Positions 57,652-64,000 of a stretch of DNA of 64,000 bases are shown here, piece after piece; within the stretch, counting starts at the first letter, position 1; each line of letters opens with the position of its first letter. The stretch is taken from positions 4,716 to 68,715 of the forward strand of contig JAIRMU010000019.1 of NCBI GenBank assembly GCA_031258545.1, written 5' to 3'. Origin of the DNA: Puniceicoccales bacterium (GTDB taxonomy: Bacteria > Verrucomicrobiota > Verrucomicrobiia > Opitutales > UBA9783). The notes under the pieces are model-generated. The model ran no database searches and was not told the DNA's origin. It saw nothing but the letters and a program-made list of their open reading frames with translations. The translations under genes and the position numbers were made by a program.

Positions 57652-59802
57652 TTACGACCTCGCCGGTGCGCGCGACACGGTTTCAACAATTTTAGCCAGT
57701 AAACTTGCGGGTACTTGTTCAAAATGTGAAGGTTCCATCGAATAAGAAGCACGCCCCTTCGTCAGAGAGCGCACATCCGTTGCATAACCAAACATCATTT
57801 CCAAAGGAACAAAAGCCATAATAACACCCGCAGTTCCCTTAGTTTCCATACCCTGTATTTGTCCACGACGACGGTTTAAATCTCCCATAACATCACCTTG
57901 ATACTCTTCGGGTGTTGTCACTTCAACTTTCATGATGGGTTCCAAAAGAATTGGATTTGCCTTCTTCATGGCATCCTTGAAGGCAAAAATTCCAGCCATT
58001 TTGAATGCCAACTCCGAAGAATCCACTTCGTGAAAACTACCGTCCACAATACGCACTCTAAAATCCACAACAGGATACCCTGCCACAACCCCATTTTGAG
58101 CACCTTCCATAAGGCCATCTTGCGTAGGTTTTATAAATTCACGAGGAATAACACCTCCGACAATCTCATTGACAACTTCAATGCCTTTGCCTTTTTCGAG
58201 CGGCTCAAGTTTAATGACAACGTGCCCGTATTGTCCACGACCTCCACTCTGACGAATAAACTTGCCTTCGCCTTCTGCGGATTGAACAATGGTTTCACGG
58301 TAAGCAATCTGGGGACGACCCGCATCCGCCTCTACCTTAAATTCACGAAACAATCGATCTCTAATAATTTCCAAATGCAGCTCACCCATCCCAGAAATCA
58401 ACGTCTGTCCCGTTTCCGTGTTGCTGCTGACCCTAAACGTAGGATCTTCCTCAGCCAAACGTTGCAAGCCCATGGATAGACGTTCCTGATCCGATTTGGT
58501 TTTAGGTTCAATGGACATGCTGATAACGGGCTCCGGAAATGTTGGGGGCTCCAATTGAACGTTTAAATCTTTATCGCACAAGGTATCTCCCGTCACAACT
58601 TCCCGGGGACCAATTAAAGCACAAATGTCACCCGAAAAAGCTTCCTCTATATCTGCCCGTTCGTTGGCTTTCATAACCACCAATCGACTGATTCTCTCCT
58701 GCTTGCGCGTACGTGGATTATATAAAACCATACCTTTACGAATCACCCCAGCATACACACGATAAAAAATCAATTTGCCCACGTAGGGATCCGTCATCAA
58801 CTTGAACACTAACCCCACAGGCTTACTGCGATCGTCCGGCAAAATTTCCACCTTCTCTTCATCCCGATCTCCTTGTGTAGGGGGTAAATCCAAAGGATTG
58901 GGCAAGTAATCTACGATCGCATCTAACAACATTTGAACACCTTTATTTTTAAAGGCACTTCCCGGAATAACACCCAGAAACTTCATCGACAAAGTGGCCC
59001 TACGTACGGCCCCTTTAAGCACATCGACGGATAAAACTTCTCCATCGAGGTATTTGACCGCCAAATCATCATCGCAATCCGCCAAAGTTTCTATCAATTG
59101 TTCTCGATACCGATGCGCCGATGCGACGTATTCGTCGGGAATGGCAACGCTCTCGTAACGCATTCCATTGGGATCTTGCTCATCGTAAACGTAAGCCTTT
59201 TCTTCAATCAAATCAATAAGTCCACGAAAATTGTCCTCCTGGCCGATGTTCAAAAACAGTGGATGCGCGTTCCCTCCCAATTTTTCACGAATATCTTTAA
59301 CGGCATTTAGAAAGTTTGCACCCGTACGATCCATCTTATTGACAAAAGCCAAACGAGGCACATGATACTTGTCCATTTGCCGCCAAACCGTTTCGGATTG
59401 AGGCTGCACTCCGGCAACCGCACAAAACACTCCCACGGCACCATCCAATACGCGCAGAGAACGTTCCACCTCCGCCGTAAAATCGACATGGCCCGGCGTA
59501 TCAATAATGTTGATGCGATGAGGAATCCCTTCAAAAAGGCCCTTTTTATTCGTCCAATCGCAACTAATAGCCGCTGCCGTAATGGTAATACCTCGTTCCC
59601 GCTCCTGCTCCATCCAATCGGTTACGGTTTCACCTTCGTGAACTTCCCCAACCTTATGCACCACACCCGTATAAAACAGAATGCGCTCCGTCGTTGTGGT
59701 TTTACCGGCATCAATGTGGGCGGCAATACCAATATTACGCAAGTACTCCAATGGATTCTTACGTTGGGGAGAATTCGCGTCGGAAAGATCTTCTTTGCGC
59801 AT
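57652..59802 (-). CDS. fusA: Elongation factor G
   Basis: [69 protein letters not shown]. Confidence 0.99.
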   Translation of the reverse strand: MRKEDLSDANSPQRKNPLEYLRNIGIAAHIDAGKTTTTERILFYTGVVHKVGEVHEGETVTDWMEQERERGITITAAAISCDWTNKKGLFEGIPHRINIIDTPGHVDFTAEVERSLRVLDGAVGVFCAVAGVQPQSETVWRQMDKYHVPRLAFVNKMDRTGANFLNAVKDIREKLGGNAHPLFLNIGQEDNFRGLIDLIEEKAYVYDEQDPNGMRYESVAIPDEYVASAHRYREQLIETLADCDDDLAVKYLDGEVLSVDVLKGAVRRATLSMKFLGVIPGSAFKNKGVQMLLDAIVDYLPNPLDLPPTQGDRDEEKVEILPDDRSKPVGLVFKLMTDPYVGKLIFYRVYAGVIRKGMVLYNPRTRKQERISRLVVMKANERADIEEAFSGDICALIGPREVVTGDTLCDKDLNVQLEPPTFPEPVISMSIEPKTKSDQERLSMGLQRLAEEDPTFRVSSNTETGQTLISGMGELHLEIIRDRLFREFKVEADAGRPQIAYRETIVQSAEGEGKFIRQSGGRGQYGHVVIKLEPLEKGKGIEVVNEIVGGVIPREFIKPTQDGLMEGAQNGVVAGYPVVDFRVRIVDGSFHEVDSSELAFKMAGIFAFKDAMKKANPILLEPIMKVEVTTPEEYQGDVMGDLNRRRGQIQGMETKGTAGVIMAFVPLEMMFGYATDVRSLTKGRASYSMEPSHFEQVPASLLAKIVETVSRAPARS

Positions 59803-59823
59803 GATTTAACTCTACTTACCTCA

Positions 59824-60297
59824 TTAAGACCAACGCAAATGCGCAAATGCACGATTTGCTTGGGCCATACGGTGGACTTCTTCCTTTTTCTTAACAACTT
59901 CCCCCGAATTGTTATACGCCTCTATAATTTCACCTGCCAACGTTTCCACCATAGCTCCCTTACGCTTATTCGCAGTTTGAACCAACCAGCGAAAAGCCAA
60001 GCTTACCTGACGCTCGTATCCAACTTCCACCGGAACTTGATAAGTAGCCCCGCCGACACGGCGACTTTTAACTTCCAACTTTGGACGTATATTTTCAAGT
60101 GCAGCCAACAGAAAATCCATGGGGTCCCCTTTGCCCAAATTTTCACTCACGCGCTCGATGGCACCATATACGATACGCCTTGCCAAAGATTTTTTACCGG
60201 AACGCATAACGCGATTCGTCAATTGTTCAACCAATGTACTTTTATAGCGAGGATCTTCCTTTAATTTTCTATGTACTGCTCTTCTACGACGTGCCAT
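59824..60297 (-). CDS. rpsG: 30S ribosomal protein S7
   Basis: M..GKKSLA, P.LEVKSRRVGGATYQVP.EV, HRMA.ANRAFAH. Confidence 0.98.
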   Translation of the reverse strand: MARRRRAVHRKLKEDPRYKSTLVEQLTNRVMRSGKKSLARRIVYGAIERVSENLGKGDPMDFLLAALENIRPKLEVKSRRVGGATYQVPVEVGYERQVSLAFRWLVQTANKRKGAMVETLAGEIIEAYNNSGEVVKKKEEVHRMAQANRAFAHLRWS

Positions 60298-60308
60298 AAT
60301 TTAAAAAC

Positions 60309-60695
60309 TTACTTCTTTTTACTTTCCTTAGGCCGTTGAACACCATATTTTGAACGACTACGATGGCGTTTTTCAACTCCCTGCGCATCCAATGTACCAC
60401 GAACAACATGGTATCGCACTCCTGGTAAATCGGGAACACGACCGCCACGCACCAATACCACACTGTGTTCCTGCAAATTGTGCCCCTCATCGGGTATGTA
60501 GGCAATAATTTCCACACCGTTTGTTAAACGGACTTTTGTCACTTTACGAACGGCAGAATTAGGTTTCTTCGGCGTACGCGTCATCACTTGTACGCAAACC
60601 CCACGCTTAAATGGATTTTTCCCCAATGCAGGCGCTTTCGACTTTGCATAAACCTTTGTTCTCGGCTTTAAAATTAACTGATTAATCGTAGGCAT
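60309..60695 (-). CDS. rpsL: 30S ribosomal protein S12
   Basis: [41 protein letters not shown]. Confidence 0.99.
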   Translation of the reverse strand: MPTINQLILKPRTKVYAKSKAPALGKNPFKRGVCVQVMTRTPKKPNSAVRKVTKVRLTNGVEIIAYIPDEGHNLQEHSVVLVRGGRVPDLPGVRYHVVRGTLDAQGVEKRHRSRSKYGVQRPKESKKK

Positions 60696-60790
60696 CTTAT
60701 TTTAATTCACAAAAAAGTTAGCGTTAGCATCCCATACGTTGCAAGCCTTTTTTGATAAAAAAGCAGTCAAAAAGTTGTTCATTGTATGAA

Positions 60791-63700
60791 TTACTCATCT
60801 CCTTTGCATTCGGATTCACCGGTTGATTCGCACAAAGACCGAATAGTCATGCGACGATATTTCGCCATACCTGTACCCGCAGGAATTAAATTACCCATGA
60901 TAACATTCTCCTTAAATCCTTTCAACGTATCCATCTTTCCCAAAGTAGCCGCTTCGGTTAACACACGTGTCGTTTCTTGGAATGAAGCTGCCGAAATAAA
61001 ACTATCCGTTTCCAGGGAAGCTTTCGTAATACCCAACAGGATAGGCTCGCCTTCCGCAGGTTTACCACCCGCAGTCAAAACTTTTTCGTTAGCATTTAAA
61101 AAGTCTGCCCGATCCACCTGTTCTCCCCAGAAATAATCGGTATCACCCGGATCCGTCACGCGTACTTTACTCAACATACGTGCAATGATAACCTCCAAAT
61201 GTTTATCATCAATAAACACACCCTGCAAACGATAAACTTTTTGAATTTCCGTCAACAAATACTCTTGCAAAGCGTGTACTCCTAAAACCGTCAAAATTTC
61301 ATGCGGATCCGCGGCACCTTCCGTCAAGCACTGACCTTTTTTTACTAAATCTCCCGGGTAAACGATTAATTGCTTGCCATGTGGAATTAAATGCTCCTCA
61401 TTTTCTTCCGTCTCTGGATTTGTTATCAACAAGCGCTTTTTACCACGGACCATCCCGGAAGCCACCGACACAATGCCTTCAATTTTGGCTATTTCTGACG
61501 CATCTTTGGGCCTTCGTGCTTCAAATAATTCAGCCACGCGGGGCAATCCTCCCGTAATATCTTGGGTCCGAGATGCCGAACGTGGGGTTTTCGCCAGCAA
61601 CGCTCCGGGATATATCTCATCACCCACATTAACAATGATTTGAGCACCTACTGGAATGGCATACGTAGCCAACACTTTATGGGCATCCTTCTTATCCATA
61701 ATTTCAATGGAAGGATTCAAATCTTCTTGGTGTTCAATAACAACGCTGGTTATTTGACTGCTGGAATCGTCCACGGCACGGCGGATCGTAATTCCAGACA
61801 TCATATCTTTAAAACGGACAATGCCTCCCTTTTCGGACAAAATCGGGATGTTATGCGGATCCCACATGGTCAAAACACTGCCACTTTCAATAAAATCACC
61901 GTCGGCAACCGTCAAAAGCGAACCTGCAAAGATGTGAATCGTTTCAACTTCACGACCTTCATCATCCACAATGCAGACGGTCCCCGTCTTGTTTAAAACA
62001 ATCGTTGCATTGTCGGCCGTCTTCACGGTGCGTAATCCACTATATTTAACGCGTCCCGAATGCCTTACGCGACTTTCCGGAGACTTTAACACTTGGCTTG
62101 CAACACCCCCCACGTGGAAAGTACGCATCGTTAATTGCGTGCCCGGTTCTCCAATCGATTGGGCGGCGATGATCCCTACCGAAGTTCCCTCCTCAACCAA
62201 ACGATGCGTCGATGGATCCAAGCCGTAAGCTTTAGCGGGAATACAATCTTTATGCATGTGGGTCAACGGAGATAAGACCTTTACGCGCACTATCCCCATT
62301 TCTTCCACTTGTTCGGCCATTTTTTTCGTAATTATTTCACCGCGACGAATGATGACCTCTTCTGGATTGATTGGATTTACCACGTTTTCACAAGAACAGC
62401 GACCCACAATCCGTTCCGACAACTTAACAATTTCTTCATCACCTTCGTAGATAGCCTGCTTCCACACACCTTTATTGTAATCCAAATTGTCGGTATCCGG
62501 CACAATCACGCAATCCATCGCAACGTCGCACAATTTACGCGTTAGATAACCCGCATCCGCCGTCTTTAGGGCGGTATCGGCCATACCTTTACGCGCACCA
62601 TGCGTTGAAATAAAATATTCAAGGACGTTCAATCCTTCTCGAAAAGACGACAAAATGGGCTGCTCGATAATTTCACCGGACGGTTTAGCCATCAAACCAC
62701 GCGCTCCACATAATTGACGTACTTGTTGACGATTACCACGTGCCCCCGAGTCCATCATCATGTATACCGAGTTCACCTCCCCATCGCGCATATCTTCGAG
62801 ACCTTTAAACGCCATTTTAGCAATTTCATCCGTCGCATGCGTCCAAATATCTATCACCTTATTGCACCGTTCGCCATTGGTAATGATACCTTTTTTAAAT
62901 TGAGATTCAACTTCCTTGATCTTTTTACGACTTTTTTCAATAATCATTGGCTTTTCTCTCGGCACAACCATATCTCCAATGCTTATGGAAGCGCCTATCT
63001 TTGTGGCCATTAAAAAACCCATTTGTTTCAAAGAATCCAACACATGTACAGCTTCCAAACGATCCACCAAATTGTAAGACAACGCAATCAACTCGGATAA
63101 TTTATTCTTACCCACAGGCTCATTGATAAAACCCATGTTCGTAGGCCAAATGGTGTTAAAGACGGCCCGACCAATCGTCGTGCGAATGAATTTGACATCT
63201 TTGTGACCAAACTGCGTCTGCTTACCGTAATCCGGATTTGGCATGTCCACCCAATCGTGCAACGTTAATATACTTTCGGCTTGCGCCATCAATGCTTCCT
63301 GAATACCGGATACAACGGGAACACGAACCATTTTTGAAGGTTTTTCCGTTAAATTTAACGTCAAATAATAAATCCCCAACACAATATCCTGTGAAGGTGT
63401 TAAAACAGGCTTACCACTCGAAGGAGCAAACATGTTATTCGTCGAAAGCATCAATAAACGTGCTTCCATAATCGCCTCCGTCGACAAAGGCACGTGCACG
63501 GCCATTTGATCTCCATCAAAATCGGCATTAAATGCAGAACACACCAAGGGATGCAAACGAATGGCATCGCCTTCGATCAATACGGGTTCAAAAGCTTGTA
63601 TGGATAATCGATGCAACGAGGGTGCACGATTGAGCAACACCGGATGTCCTTTGGTAACTTCAGCCAAAATATCCCACACTTCCGGCGCTTTATTTTCAAT

Positions 63701-64000
63701 TAATTTACGCGCCGAGCGCACCGTATGTGCAAACCCTAGTTCCTTCAAACGACGAATGATGAACGGCTCAAATAAAATTAAAGCCATCTTTTTTGGCAAA
63801 CCGCATTGGTGTAACTTCAGATCAGGGCCAATGACAATCACCGAGCGACCGCTGTAATCAACACGCTTCCCCAACAAGTTTTGCCGAAATCGACCCTGCT
63901 TACCTTTAAGCATGTCGCTCAACGACTTGAGAGGTCGATTTCCCGAACCCGTTACGGGACGTGCACCGTGGCAACCATTATCGAAAAGTGCGTCTACGGC
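60791..64000 (-). CDS. rpoC: RNA polymerase beta' subunit, partial (N-terminus outside the window)
   Basis: [29 protein letters not shown] catalytic motif, [16 protein letters not shown]; the frame stays open to base 64000 (AVDALFDNG...). Confidence 0.99.
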   Translation of the reverse strand, partial: AVDALFDNGCHGARPVTGSGNRPLKSLSDMLKGKQGRFRQNLLGKRVDYSGRSVIVIGPDLKLHQCGLPKKMALILFEPFIIRRLKELGFAHTVRSARKLIENKAPEVWDILAEVTKGHPVLLNRAPSLHRLSIQAFEPVLIEGDAIRLHPLVCSAFNADFDGDQMAVHVPLSTEAIMEARLLMLSTNNMFAPSSGKPVLTPSQDIVLGIYYLTLNLTEKPSKMVRVPVVSGIQEALMAQAESILTLHDWVDMPNPDYGKQTQFGHKDVKFIRTTIGRAVFNTIWPTNMGFINEPVGKNKLSELIALSYNLVDRLEAVHVLDSLKQMGFLMATKIGASISIGDMVVPREKPMIIEKSRKKIKEVESQFKKGIITNGERCNKVIDIWTHATDEIAKMAFKGLEDMRDGEVNSVYMMMDSGARGNRQQVRQLCGARGLMAKPSGEIIEQPILSSFREGLNVLEYFISTHGARKGMADTALKTADAGYLTRKLCDVAMDCVIVPDTDNLDYNKGVWKQAIYEGDEEIVKLSERIVGRCSCENVVNPINPEEVIIRRGEIITKKMAEQVEEMGIVRVKVLSPLTHMHKDCIPAKAYGLDPSTHRLVEEGTSVGIIAAQSIGEPGTQLTMRTFHVGGVASQVLKSPESRVRHSGRVKYSGLRTVKTADNATIVLNKTGTVCIVDDEGREVETIHIFAGSLLTVADGDFIESGSVLTMWDPHNIPILSEKGGIVRFKDMMSGITIRRAVDDSSSQITSVVIEHQEDLNPSIEIMDKKDAHKVLATYAIPVGAQIIVNVGDEIYPGALLAKTPRSASRTQDITGGLPRVAELFEARRPKDASEIAKIEGIVSVASGMVRGKKRLLITNPETEENEEHLIPHGKQLIVYPGDLVKKGQCLTEGAADPHEILTVLGVHALQEYLLTEIQKVYRLQGVFIDDKHLEVIIARMLSKVRVTDPGDTDYFWGEQVDRADFLNANEKVLTAGGKPAEGEPILLGITKASLETDSFISAASFQETTRVLTEAATLGKMDTLKGFKENVIMGNLIPAGTGMAKYRRMTIRSLCESTGESECKGDE

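Noticed and set aside
59362-60264. 300-aa plus-strand ORF
   Set aside because: Antisense shadow of fusA/rpsG; no motif

Overview
Bacterial chromosome segment (standard code), most likely from a host-associated, genome-reduced Verrucomicrobiota (Opitutales/Puniceicoccales-like) organism. This is inferred from protein style, the fusA-rpsJ adjacency, no L30 in the spc operon, and a UhpC/GlpT-type transporter. The right third (43.2-64 kb, minus strand) is the rpoC-str-S10-spc-alpha superoperon. The left two thirds hold housekeeping genes (infA, tilS, ftsH, def, plsY, mpl, pgk, tpiA, fabV, pheT, gatCAB, kdsD), two tRNAs (Leu-UAA, Tyr-GUA), transporters, a small AT-rich glycosylation locus and a hipA relic. 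No CRISPR array, rRNA or intact mobile element was seen. The most unusual elements are orphan genes with signal-peptide-like N-termini inserted between core genes. (1) A five-module CCHC zinc-knuckle protein whose leader is out of frame by one base. (2) A ~635-aa glycine-rich-domain protein split by a -1 shift confined to a 22-nt window containing a T8 tract. (3) A GT8 glycosyltransferase with a leader. Also notable are a FolE-FolB fusion, an aspartokinase lacking ACT domains, a FlgM-like small protein, and several promoters placed for leaderless translation. All family calls are by motif recognition; no database searches were run.
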